A stretch of 64,000 nt of DNA from assembly GCA_030264375.1 (NCBI GenBank), contig JASCQW010000001.1:153592228-153656227 (forward strand), in the 5' to 3' direction. Source of the stretch: Carcharhinus longimanus. Taxonomy: Eukaryota. Every line of letters begins with the position of its first letter. Position 1 is the stretch's first letter. Below the pieces are notes generated by a model. That model was not told the DNA's origin and searched no databases. It saw only the letters and a program-made list of their open reading frames with translations. Below are positions 26,801-39,133 of this stretch, in pieces. A program made the translations under genes and the position numbers.

Positions 26801-27883
26801 CTTCAGTTTTTTAAATTAAAAAGAAAACTATTTCAACTATGGGTAATAATTCTATGCAACTATAAATACATATACAAGATACAACATCAATAATGTTTTT
26901 CAAATGTTCTCTAGGATAAAATTAAATTTAAATAAATTCAAATCAATGTCACTTAGCTAAAGGAAAATGCCAGTGTTATCATGTTCAGCTTACTTGTGGC
27001 AAACATTCTTTGATAGAATTTCAACAGCAAGAGGCAAACTATCTCATTCAAAGAAATGTCCTGCAAGGCTGCTCTTTCCTTGAAATTTGTATTTTGCACA
27101 ATTGTTTCTTTTGGTCTGCATTCTCAGCTCTTTGGCCAGATGAGGCAGCATTGAGAGCAAATAATAGCAAAGGCAAAGAGACAGCTACAAAAGATAAAAT
27201 CGTTCCAAACCAAATTAGGGGGAAGAAATAAAGGGTCAGGCGAAAGGAAGATTTACATTTGCAGGCTAAAACTCTTATAGTTACAAGTCTTCCACGATTT
27301 CCTCTTTTCCAAATGGCTCCACATCAAATTGAAGGAACAAAACAAATTGCCTCAGACCTCATTATGGCAAAACAGGGAAAAATCATTGGAATACTGAATG
27401 TTCTTAATCAGACCTTTCTGGAAAGTGCATTCTGTGTCCCTTTGGCTGTAGTAACATGTGGCTCACTTTGATGCCCTCCCTCTTGCCAAGATAGTGAAGC
27501 ACTGCTCATTTTGAAGGCTCACACTCACAAAATGAGAAAGCACGGCAGTGAAACTCCTCATTGGCAGCAGGTCAGCTCTTTTGGCAAAGGAGTGAAAAAA
27601 TTTTAGGGAAAAGGTTAATAGGATTCACGTACAGCTGAAATGACAGTTAAGCCATCAGGGAAAGTAACTGATAGGTCTAAGTATGCTCTATGGTTGGGAG
27701 AAATTTCAACATTTTAATGCCCTCCTATCATTATAATTGAAAAGCAATCAATACTTTGAAGAAAATTCTATGTCCAGTATGCATTACATTAGTTCACACA
27801 CCAGTGCTTAAAAACTAGTGAGTATTCACACAAGTCAACTTAGTACTGCAACATTAAAAATATTTTCTTCATTCTTCACTCAC

Positions 27884-28001
27884 ATAGCCTCCCAATTGGG
27901 TAGGATTTCATTGTTCCAGGTAACCACAGCATTACCAATTGTTTCTTCCAGTTTACATCTGTCTTCCAGCAGTTTCCTTCGCCTCTGAGCATCTTTTTGC
28001 T
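27884..28001 (-). CDS. TBC1D14: TBC1D14 coding exon (118 bp, phase 1->2)
   Basis: catgtag|AG CAA...GCT AT|gtgagt; (E)QKDAQRRRKLLEDRCKLEETIGNAVVTWNNEILPNWEA(M). Confidence 0.95.
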
Positions 28002-28826
28002 CTACATGAAACAAAAGTTTAATATAAACTTATGAAATCTTCAGACAATTTTCTATACAAACATCTTAAGAAAAGTCACATTCTATAAATACTCAAATTC
28101 AACAAAGATACTATCTGAACACACTAATAAGATGGTCTACCGAGATAGCCAAATGCTTGAACAAGATATCCAAAACCTCCATCTATTTTTCCTTCACAAA
28201 CATTACCAACTATGAATACATCTTTAACTACAGAAAATGAGCATGCAAAGATCTGAGGAGTGACATTAACCTAACCTGCCTGGCTGAAAACTGATGCGAT
28301 CAGAATGGATGCCCATTCTGTTCCCACTGGATTTTACTGCCCAGTGGTTATTGGAAAGAACAATGAAGCAGGGTACAAAGTGGATTTAATCCTGGGCATT
28401 TCCCAACAGGCAGCTGTTGAAATGCAGGAGGGGCGAGGGGCGTGTTAAAAAATTTTGAAAAGAAACCTGAAGTAACTAAGAATGCTACTTCACATCACCT
28501 AGCCATTAACTTTAGCATAAGGATAGCTCCCTGAAAACTGCCACTAAAATATACTAATACATTAAATAGTCAAAAGATATTTAGGTCAGGTTGATTGACA
28601 ATAAGACCATAAAACATAGCTGCAGAATTAGGCCATTCAACCCATCGAGTCTGCTCCGCTGTTCATGATTGGCCATAGTCAATTGTCCCTTAGTGTCAGG
28701 GGGACTGGGAGGGTGGATATGTGGGGTTACGGGGATGGTACATGGGTGGAATTCTTGTTAATGCAGGCTTGATGGGCAGGACGGCCTCCCTCTGCACTGT
28801 AGATTCTATGAAAACTAGCTTTTAAC

Positions 28827-28909
28827 CTCGTTTTTTCACTTGAGCCACCATCTCTTCGTACTGCTGTCTGTGTTTCTGAGCCTCTTCTGCAGGCTTTGCA
28901 GGGAGATTC
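28827..28909 (-). CDS. TBC1D14: TBC1D14 coding exon (83 bp, phase 2->1)
   Basis: ttcactttag|G AAT CTC...CGA G|gttaaa; NLPAKPAEEAQKHRQQYEEMVAQVKKR. AKPAEEAQKHRQQYEEMV is TBC1D14-like rather than TBC1D12-like. Confidence 0.95.
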
Positions 28910-29389
28910 CTAAAGTGAAACAAGAGTGGTTACGAAGTGTTTGTTAGCTCGCCAACTACTGTAACAATTCAAAATAGAAAAGACACACAATGAACCATTT
29001 TGGGTCCAAGATATGTAATCTCCAGTAAAGGTGCAACAATTTCAACTGACGTGCATTTGAATATGATTTTTAAAAAATTGACATTCCTATATTAACCGTA
29101 AACAAAGCAAATATGCAATGGTGAATCAAATGTAACCATGTGATAAGAAAATAAAACACCCTAGACTAAATTTTGTACTTTTTGCTTAAGAAATGCAACA
29201 ACTTGGCACAAATGCAAGAGTGTGCTACGATTAACTAATGGAACATATCAAGCAAGAGATGTGGCCACAATACAGATGAAGGAACCAAGGAAGGAAGAAA
29301 CCCAAATGCTCTCACTCACAACCTTTTCTTTCACTACTCTACTCAAACAAAGTAACAAAGAAAGATCAGAATAGCCCATTATATCTTCC

Positions 29390-29640
29390 TGGAATGTTCC
29401 AAAATACTTTACAACCAGTCGCATGCTTCTGAAAAGCACTATTATGCAGGAGCAGGTTGTTCACAAAGTTCTTGAACGACCATAAGATAATAACCAATTT
29501 GATGGTTAGTGTTTGTCGAGCAAGATGGCATAAGTTCGCTGTTCTTCAAGTAGTATCATGAGATTTTTAAAATCCACACAAGGTGGTGAATGGGGCTACA
29601 TTTCAATATCTCATTGAAAATAACTCCCCTAGCAATGGTT
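29390..29640 (-). mobile_element. Ancient Deu-domain (SacSINE1/AmnSINE1-like) SINE remnant
   Basis: ttcttcaagtagtatcatgagatttttaaaatccac...ggggctacatttcaatatctcat resembles the reverse complement of the Deu core; recalled, not searched. Confidence 0.4.
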
Positions 29641-31344
29641 GAAGGATCAACCGAGATGATCTGCTCTTTTTTGGAAAGGGGCTTCAACCCACCTATTCCA
29701 CATGCCCCCAAAGGATCGCCAGTATGTTTATTTTCAATATGTCTCACTTTCCCACCTAATAAACTGCCACACCCTTCTTAAATCGAAACTGAAGCCATTG
29801 TACAATTAGGCTGAAACCCTTCCAGTTAAGATTGCAGTAGAGTCAGCAAGCCATCAGTCAAACATCATATTGTCAGTCATTTTCATCTCACCCTTCACAA
29901 TTTGATTCTGCACGAGTGATTTAACAAATGTTTTGGATTTATCCCTTAGTTTATCCCATATTACCCCATAGTTCTGCATAATTTAACAATTAAAGAAATA
30001 ATTTAAGAATCCTGAGCCTTAATTTGAGCTAAGTATTTCTTTTGGTGAGGGAATTCAGAGGGAAGCAGGTAGTAAATGTTTCTCAGTTCTAAACTTTTGT
30101 GTTGCAAATACTTTCCATAGCATCTGAGAACACTCAATAACTTTCTATTCAAATGATTCAAAACAATTCTGACTCAACACAATGCGTTCCCACAAGTGTT
30201 AACTTTGTCCTAGTAAAGCTGAATGCAAGAAATTAATGATTTAAAAGTTACATTATCACATTGTTTACCTTTAGCTTCCTACCTGCTAACTCCCCAAAGG
30301 CTCACTGGGGCATGTTGCCATAGAGAGAAGCACCACTAGTACCACAACATGATATCTTTCACAACAGAGCACAAGCAAAATGTATCAGCAAGCTATTTGA
30401 CTATTAGGGGCATCACAGCCCTGCTCAACCGCAATTTCAACCATTGTCTATACAAGAAAGTTAGGGAGCATGAATATTTGCAACCCCAGTGGATGTTTAC
30501 TGCCTCTCACCTAAATCAAATATGTTGAAGTTAAACAGTGTCTCAGCAATGAGCCACCAAAGGTTAGCTAACTTTGTACATGCCAGGCAGTGAAATTCCA
30601 TTGTGCTACCACACTGAATAATGATTTACTCACTGATCTGTTTAGAATAACACAACATAGCACTGCCTTGCTGTGGTTTTCTGATGCATTTCTCTTTACC
30701 ACTGTGACAGATGGCACCTCCTGTCGTAGCTTCATAAGAAGCTGGCCTGTCTCAAATAGATTGCTTATGTCATCTCTTAGGTCAGATGATGAATGCATTC
30801 AGATAATTTAATCATTGGGAGCATCATAGCCATCGCCTATTTTTGTGCACCCCTGGATAATTGCCCACACATTGGGTAATTAAAATCTAAAAAAGCTGTG
30901 TGTTATTATAGTGATTTGGTTTATGCAAAGTGGATCTATCAACTCATTTTCAATAATCAATATGTGGAATATAGTAAATTAGGATTAGAGCTTTGCCACG
31001 TCTTACATTTATCTGTCTTCAATATTCTCTATAGTGTAATGGGTAAATAATTTAACTTCTAATATTGTAACTTACCGTTCTTCTCCCTTCAAAAAAAGGA
31101 CCGAAAAATGTCAATTCAAATTTTTGTTTTTTTAGGTCTTTACACAATAAAAAGATAGATTGGTAGTTTACAAATGGGAACATTGAACCACAAGCCAATT
31201 TAGCAACGTAGTAAGAAAAATAGAAACTCAATTTGGTCTTAACACTATTCAGTTTTATCTCGTACATTGCGGGAGATTGCAAGTACTTTAGGGTATACAT
31301 CCTTCTTGCAGTTGAGCTTTAAAAATGAGAAGTTTGGGACTTAC

Positions 31345-31463
31345 GCTGGTCTATCCTCAAGGATAAGTGCTGTTGTGGAGAGGGGCTCGAAGTCGAGGTT
31401 TTTCCTCACACTCTGATTAGGAGAGGGGGATTTCTGGGCTCTCCTAGATCTTTCTTCATATTC
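31345..31463 (-). CDS. TBC1D14: TBC1D14 coding exon (119 bp, phase 0->2)
   Basis: tatacag|GAA TAT...CCA GC|gtaagt; [40 protein letters not shown]. Confidence 0.95.
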
Positions 31464-32399
31464 CTGTATAAAATAAATAATTTACTTGCACCTCTAAGAC
31501 TGCTAACTAACATTAAAGTTTATCATCCACAAACTAAGTATTATCTTCAAGTAAATACTACCAAATACTATCAATGGCTTAGAACAGATGGACATGACAC
31601 AAGGAAAAACATGACACTCTTCTGGGTACAATTTGTGCCAGAATCACAGCCGCCAAAGCAGAAACTCCACCCCTGTTTAGTTGGAAGACTGGCAATTGTC
31701 AGGGCTAGCCAGACTTCATTTTAAAAAAGCATCTTCTAGGATACATATCTTAAAAGATCAGGCAAGTTTATCTTGACGCTGCATCGTGATTTACTAGAGG
31801 AAATGATTGGGAATGCCAACATTCCTGACCTGTGGGGTTCTCTATTGAAGCTTACTCTTCACTGCTGTCAGCGACGGGGGAAGTATAAATGTTGCATGGT
31901 CAGTCTGGTTACTGCAAGCGATCACACGTAGGAGGAAGTGGAATGCAGAAGTCACTGAAGATGATGCCTGCCCAGGGATCTGCGTAGTGACTAAAGCTAT
32001 GTAACTTGACATGCAAAATTTGAATCGAGAAGTATGATGGGATGCAGCAAGATATAGTGAAGTGAGATTTAGTCATTAAAAAGGAAATGGCAACATTCAC
32101 ATAATCCAAATTACAAAGATGTTCAGACTTAAAATAGTGCTGAGATTAAATAACTACAAAATTCATTTTCATAGTCATAGTTATGGATCACAAGTGCAAC
32201 TAGATTATATTTTATCAACTCTGCATTTGATATTTTGTCAGCACTTCCTTGAAAAAATGAGCTCTCCTTAAAAGGTAACATGTACAGTCAAACAGGCATG
32301 AAATCTTCTAGCTTGGGCAAGAGACATGGTAGCGCGCATTATAGTGAACTAACCACTTCAACTCTGTAGTAATTTGGATTTCAGCTGGCAGCACTTCTA

Positions 32400-32900
32400 C
32401 CATTTTCTTCCTTCAAACTAATTTTTCAACCCAGTTTGCTATCTTTCCCTTATGTCCATGCACCTTCATTTCTATATTAATCCCATGTGATACCACGTTA
32501 AAAGCTTTCCTCAGGTCCATATCAACTACACCCAGTGCAATTATCTCATCTACAATGTCTCTAACTGCCCCATTAAATTCTATTAGATTGATCAAGCAGG
32601 ATTGTCCATTTTGAATTATGTGATAGATACTTCTAACTATGTTCTCTTTGTCCATATATATGTGGTAATTTGAAGTCCCCAAAGACCTCTCACAATCATT
32701 GATAACAAAATAATTGGCATGCCAGTTCCCAGATTAGCTTAATTTCCTTTTTAAAGATAGGTACTATACTGGCCACTCCCCAGTCATTTAGAGCACATCT
32801 GTACTTAATAATATCTTTAAATACAATTTCTAAAGCCTCTAATTTTCTCCATCAATTTCTTTAGAATCCAATATCAAAAGGTGCTGGTGCCTTCGCTATC
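32400..32900 (-). mobile_element. CR1 RT fragment
   Basis: ORF 32413-32682: GQSCLINLIEF...VVDMDLRKAFNVVSHG...KGKIANWV (DFxKAFDxVxH motif). Confidence 0.8.
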
Positions 32901-32954
32901 TTTTAGATAAACTAACATATCTAAAATCTATCAATCACAACTTATCTCAATTAT

Positions 32955-33245
32955 CATAGAATCCCTACTGTGCAGGAGAAGGCCATTTGGCCCATCGGGT
33001 CTGCACAGACTACAATCCCACTCTGTAACCTCTTCTGCTAGTCACCTGACGCTAAGGGGCAATTTACTGTATCCAATCAACCTAACTGCACATCTTTGGA
33101 CTGTGGGAGGATACTGGGCCATTTGGAGGAAACCCACGCAAAGACAGGGAGGATGTGCAAACATCACACAGACAGTGACGCGAGGCCGGAATTAAACTCA
33201 GGTCCTTGGCACTGAGAGGCAACAGTATTAACCATTGTGCCATTG
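32955..33245 (-). mobile_element. HE1-like SINE
   Basis: Reverse complement of the same consensus. Confidence 0.8.
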
Positions 33246-35365
33246 CGACTACTGCAGGGTCTTCTCTCTGATATCCTTTCTTTCAGTAAAGGTCAACCCA
33301 ATGTGTTAAAATATCTCTACTATTTGTTGACCATTCTATCCATGTCCTCCTGCAGCTCTACCATCACAAATAAATCTGTTCCTTTATTTCAGAGGTTAAT
33401 TAAATAAGGAGAACTATCAAAGAAGTGTGATGTTTAAGTAGATACTAATCAACAAAAGATACTGATCACCATGAAATGCATGATAAACTGCAATCAGCAA
33501 ACACAACCAATTATTAGCTGGGAATAATTATTTAAATACTTACTACTGGAAACTGATTATCTGGGCAACATGAGCTCATTTAAAGAATTTGGAATATATA
33601 TATATTTTTTGATAATGGTCCACAAATTACATCTAAATGTTTAATTTGAAATGTTTATTTATTCATGTAAGCTAAAACAGCAACAGGAAACTTTAGCAAG
33701 GAATGGTAGCATATGCCATGTGGAAGAATTCCATCTGGTTATGCAAAATGGTTAATTATAACAATAAAAAAGATGCAGTAAAGTCGTTTATAGTCCTAAA
33801 AATTAGACAGATTTTTAAAGCAGGACTATCCAGTCTGAATGCTGAGCAATTACTTCCACATATTCATTGAAGGAGTGATGCCAAAACCCAAAAGATTGTC
33901 CAAAAAAAGTATTTTGCTTAGGAATACTGCTTCTGATTTCTAAATAAGAATCAGAAAGGCAAAATCCAGAGAGATCTTTGTTCTTCAACCACTCACAGAC
34001 ATACTATCCACATTATGTAATATCAATCAGAAGAAACTTAAACTGAATTATTTTAACTCAAGAAATATTGGATACAATTATGTTGCTGTTATTGCTTGGT
34101 CAAGCAATGTATTGTAAACACAGGAATGTGGAACCTTCTGCACATTATATCTCATCACATAGTGGAACTTATAACTGAACCATTTAGGGAGCTGGACTGT
34201 GTAACTTTAATGGCTGAACTACTTATGTTTCTATTGCTTCAGCCATCCAGCAAGCAGAAACCATAATAACTCATCCGAATGGAGTACCGAGCTATAAATA
34301 CCCATCTGGCAGACAAACTTCCATTAGCAAAGAAACACACACACAAAAAATGTCTGTGGTGACCACATTTCCCTCAAAATCTTCAGCATTGCACATTTCT
34401 GCAACGCTACCCAAATGGCCTTTTCAGAAACTGGTATTTATATCCAACTTTTATTGCCCTGCCCTAATACGTCATTGCTAACCAGCTTGGGCAAAGCCCA
34501 CATTTCATTTATAAAATTATTCCCAAGGGACCATCTGAGTCACTTTGACAAAATTGAATGATCACAGGCAATCTGTTTTGAAAGCTGAAATTATCCTCGA
34601 CACATTGCAAAATAATAAATCAACGCAAAGTTAGTCACTCAGCAGAATTAAAATACACCATAGTACAATGAAGATCAATACTAATCAAATAGTAATGCAT
34701 TTTATTCAGAATTGATCAATGTGTCACACATCAGGCTTCCAATATAATCTTCACATTCTGCTTTTTCTCCACAAACGTTGAGTCTAATGTACTTTCTTAA
34801 TAGATATTTCACATTCAATACTTTTCTCAGCATCAAGACGAGTTGCACTCACGATGCATGCAATTAAAAGAAATTCTCACATCAGATATAGAAATGCTTC
34901 ACTATTTATTTGTAGTAAATGAATCTATACAAATGTGGTTCTGAAGTGCATTTAAAGCATAGCCATTTCCACATATTGACTGCATCCCATTGTATCATCT
35001 CTATTTACCCTTCCACATATTCGCATGACTCTACCCTGCTGAAGTAAATAATACATCAACACTCAACACTATTAGATTTACTAGGTTTCCCCTTTTAAAG
35101 GGATGGCAACCTTTTTTCACCTACTGAAGCATGGAAATAGAAACTTAAATTGTTGAATGATTATGCAGGTTGGCTATATGCATAGCATACAAAGCCTGTC
35201 AACGTGGAGAAGAAAAAGATACGAATTTCATTTGAATGAATTCAGTATTCAACATGGTAATGTTAACGCATACATTTGATTTACACAAAAATGCACAAGA
35301 TATCCTGCCGAAAATTAATTTGATCAATAAAAACAAAATTTGATAATGATTCTAGAGCTCATTAC

Positions 35366-35467
35366 CTTCCCTGTACATTTTAATAATACCATTGTACCAG
35401 CACCAGGAAGACGCCCTCCCCATGGAAGCCGGGAACAGATCATGATCTAAATCTTCATTAAATGAAG
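35366..35467 (-). other. Candidate 102-nt alternative exon
   Basis: Acceptor ctctgctttcag, donor AAG|gtaatg; open in phase 1. Confidence 0.4.
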
Positions 35468-35656
35468 CTGAAAGCAGAGTGTCATTTCCAAAATAATTCA
35501 TCATTACTGTTCCTTATGTATGCAGCGCACACCAGGAAGCAAAGCTGCATCAAAAAAAAAACTTATTTCTAATCATTTTAACACCCAAAGACTATAATTA
35601 AAGGCAGGTGCCTTAAACAAGGACTCTAATATCACAGCTTTAAGGTGTGTACTTAC

Positions 35657-35740
35657 CATGAAAGCTGGCCTCACAACAATCCAAGAAAGAGCAACAATGA
35701 AATGCCTTCATTATGTACCTTAAAGCTCAAACTGCTTTTT
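35657..35740 (-). other. Candidate alternative exon ending in ATG|GTAAGT
   Basis: Perfect donor CATG|gtaagt; acceptor ttttctttgcag 84 nt upstream; the terminal ATG is in frame with the 31463 exon. Confidence 0.5.
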
Positions 35741-37559
35741 CTGCAAAGAAAACTACAGTATTTGAGGATAGCTAACTCATCTGTTGTGACCTTCTCTCCC
35801 TCTCTCTCTCCAAGTTCATACCACTGCAAGCATAAAATCACGGAGGTCTGCAGTTAACCACCGGCAGTGAGGAAAAAAGCTGCAGCCATATTAATCATCT
35901 GCAGAGAGGAAACATCCAATCAGTTCTCTCAGATTTCTCCTGTAGTGCCTTAGCCTAGCATTACAGCTAGGAAAGCATTCAGGTTAAAATGAATTCTATA
36001 TGACNNNNNNNNNNNNNNNNNNNNNNNNNNNNNNNNNNNNNNNAGTACAGCAGAGGATTAAAATGAAAATCCCCATTGCGAAGACATTATTAGCCTATTA
36101 TAGAAAGAATTTAATCAAACAAATTTAAGTGTGTCCTTGAAAAATTTGAGACACTTTTAGAGCTGATAAACCAAAATAAAAACTGGATTCCTAAACTTTC
36201 TCTGCATCAAAATTCTGAATAAAGTGCCTGCATTGAAAGTAGAGTTTCTGATCAATTTTAAGCCTTTAAGTGAGAACATTGAAATATTGTTTTTCACAAA
36301 TCACAGAAAGCTGGTCAGGCTTCCTGAATGTTAACATAATGAGGATAAAGGCGGACAAGTGAAACCCTGAGCAAGGGACCAAATCACATCCCACTGGTTA
36401 GAGGCAAGGACAAGGTAAAGTCAGGGGTTGGTGAGGGGCCGTGGCCTGGACTACCTTTACATATCCAGTGACTGTAACAAGCCCAAGCATCAAACGAAGA
36501 AATTAATAGAAAAGCTAACATCAATATTGAATTGCCAATTTAGAACAACATGCAAATACATTTCCCATTCTGGGCTTTGGGCCTGCCTCCTTACCCTGCT
36601 CTCAAGAGTGGTAGACAAATAATCACTGACTAGAACTGCTAAAAAAAATGGTTCAAGTTGAAGCATCAGTAGACAATGAGCCAAGGACCTGTCTTCAGGC
36701 AAAACACATATGAAGGACATATATTCCCCCAGATATGTAGAAAAAAGGAAGTGCATCTTCTGTACTAAAATTCAAACTGGTCCCTGAACAAGACCTTGGC
36801 CATAAACTTGTATACAAGTTTGCGTTCACCACCTACGAGATAAGAACATAAGAAATAGGAGCAGGAGTAGGCCAACTAGCCCTTCGAGCCTGCCCCGCCA
36901 TTCAATAAGATCANNNNNNNNNNNNNNNNNNNNNNNNNNNNNNNNNNNNNNNNNNNNNNNNNNNNNNNNNNNNNNNNNNNNNNNNNNNNNNNNNNNNNNN
37001 NNNNNNNNNNNNNTGGCCAAAAGACATATCCCTCATCAGGTCTTATTTTCTCAAAAGGCCAGGGTTCCAGGGAGGACAAAGAAAATGCTCCTTTTGCCTT
37101 TCCAACTACTTTGAATCCCTGAAGATACATGCATTGAAAATAAGCCGTAATAAAGAAAATATAGAAAATTTATAAGTGTACCTGAAATTCAAACAGATAT
37201 TTGATTTTGAATCATAGATTTCAAACCTCTTCATTAAGCTGAGAAGTATTCCCTCCTTTACGAATTATTTATAATAAACATTTATACATTATGACTCGCC
37301 TGAACTATACCGACATTTTGTCCCTCTCCTAATGTGCATCAGCCAGACCAATAATTTCTTTCACTGATCTCACAAACACCTCAACAAAAAAGCAAGCATT
37401 TGCAGTTTCTTTCTTTTTATATTATGCTATGATTTATTTTTGACAAAAGAGTTTCATATGAAAGAGAAACAGAAAGAAAAAAATGCTCCTTCACTAAAGA
37501 TTTAGCCGCTTGAAGGAGCATTCAGTTAATTAATTACAGAAAATAGATTAAATTTCTTG

Positions 37560-39133
37560 TTCAAAAATTGATGAGGCACTTGCAATTATGGCCCATGGGG
37601 CATGAAATGGGAATATATTTGCATAAATTAAGGATTGGTTAGCCAACAGTAAACAGGTCATTTTTAGGTTGGTAGGCCATAACTAGCTAGCTACAAGGTT
37701 TCAGTTGGGGGCCATGAATAATTTATCCAATTTTTCTGACCGTAAAAATTAAGTGGGGAAAGTAGCTGCATGGAAGTCACAAGGAAGATGTAAAAAAGTT
37801 GCAAAGGCCAATAGATGGGTTGTGTAGATATAGGAGGGATATCTGACGTAGATTCTTTACTCAGAGTGGTTGGGGTGTGGAATAGACTGCCTGCTGTGAT
37901 AGTGGAGTCGGACACTTTAGGAACTTTCANNNNNNNNNNNNNNNNNNNNNNNNNNNNNNNNNNNNNNNNNNNNNNNNNNNNNNNNNNNNNNNNNNNNNNN
38001 NNNNNNNNNNNNNNNNNNNNNNNNNNNNNNNNNNNNNNNNNNNNNNNNNNNNNNNNNNNNNNNNNNNNNNNNNNNNNNNNNNNNNNNNNNNNNNNNNNNN
38101 NNNNNNNNNNNNNNNNNNNNNNNNNNNNNNNNNNNNNNNNNNNNNNNNNNNNNNNNNNNNNNNNNNNNNNNNNNNNNNNNNNNNNNNNNNNNNNNNNNNN
38201 NNNNNNNNNNNNNNNNNNNNNNNNNNNNNNNNNNNNNNNNNNNNNNNNNNNNNNNNNNNNNNNNNNNNNNNNNNNNNNNNNNNNNNNNNNNNNNNNNNNN
38301 NNNNNNNNNNNNNNNNNNNNNNNNNNNNNNNNNNNNNNNNNNNNNNNNNNNNNNNNNNNNNNNNNNNNNNNNNNNNNNNNNNNNNNNNNNNNNNNNNNNN
38401 NNNNNNNNNNNNNNNNNNNNNNNNNNNNNNNNNNNNNNNNNNNNNNNNNNNNNNNNNNNNNNNNNNNNNNNNNNNNNNNNNNNNNNNNNNNNNNNNNNNN
38501 NNNNNNNNNNNNNNNNNNNNNNNNNNNNNNNNNNNNNNNNNNNNNNNNNNNNNNNNNNNNNNNNNNNNNNNNNNNNNNNNNNNNNNNNNNNNNNNNNNNN
38601 NNNNNNNNNNNNNNNNNNNNNNNNNNAGAACAAGCGGTAAGAAAGGAGGTTGAGTTGCATTTTTGATTGGGGAAAACATCACAGCCGTACTGAGAGAGGA
38701 CATATCGAAGGATTCGGCCACTGAGTCCATATGGGTAGAATTGACAAATAAGAAGGGGGAAATCACTGATAGGGTTGTACTATAGGTCCCTAAATAGTCG
38801 GTGGGAAATTGAGGAGCAAATATGTAAGGAGATTACAGATAGCTCCAAGAAAAATAAGGCAGTAATAGTTGAAGATTTTAACTTCCCCAAAGTGATCCCT
38901 CACTAACACTTCTGTCACCTGCCCTTCCTTATTTCTTAAGAGGTCAAGTTTTGCCCCCTTTCTAATCGGGCCATCCACATGCTGAATGAGAAATTCCTCC
39001 TGAATACACTCAACAAATTTCTCTCCATCCAACCCTCTAATGCTATGGCTGTCCCAGTCAACGTTGGGGAAGTTAAAATCTCCAACTATTACCACCCTAT
39101 TTTTCTTGGAGCTATTTGTAATCTCTTTACATA
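37560..39133. mobile_element. Cluster of CR1 fragments around a ~700-nt gap, including an inverted endonuclease segment
   Basis: RVVGVWNRLP (CR1 C-terminus); VIVGDFNFPNVDW...FVECIQEEFLIQHVDGPIRKGAKLDLL (APE endonuclease). Confidence 0.8.

Noticed and set aside
30568-30830. Overlapping antisense ORFs / possible C/D snoRNA (gatgatga)
   Set aside because: No paired terminal stem with properly placed C and D boxes; the ORFs have no recognisable homology
37815-38766. Long ORFs (247-283 aa) in the track, and similar ones at 57299-57892
   Set aside because: Consist almost entirely of N-gap translated as X
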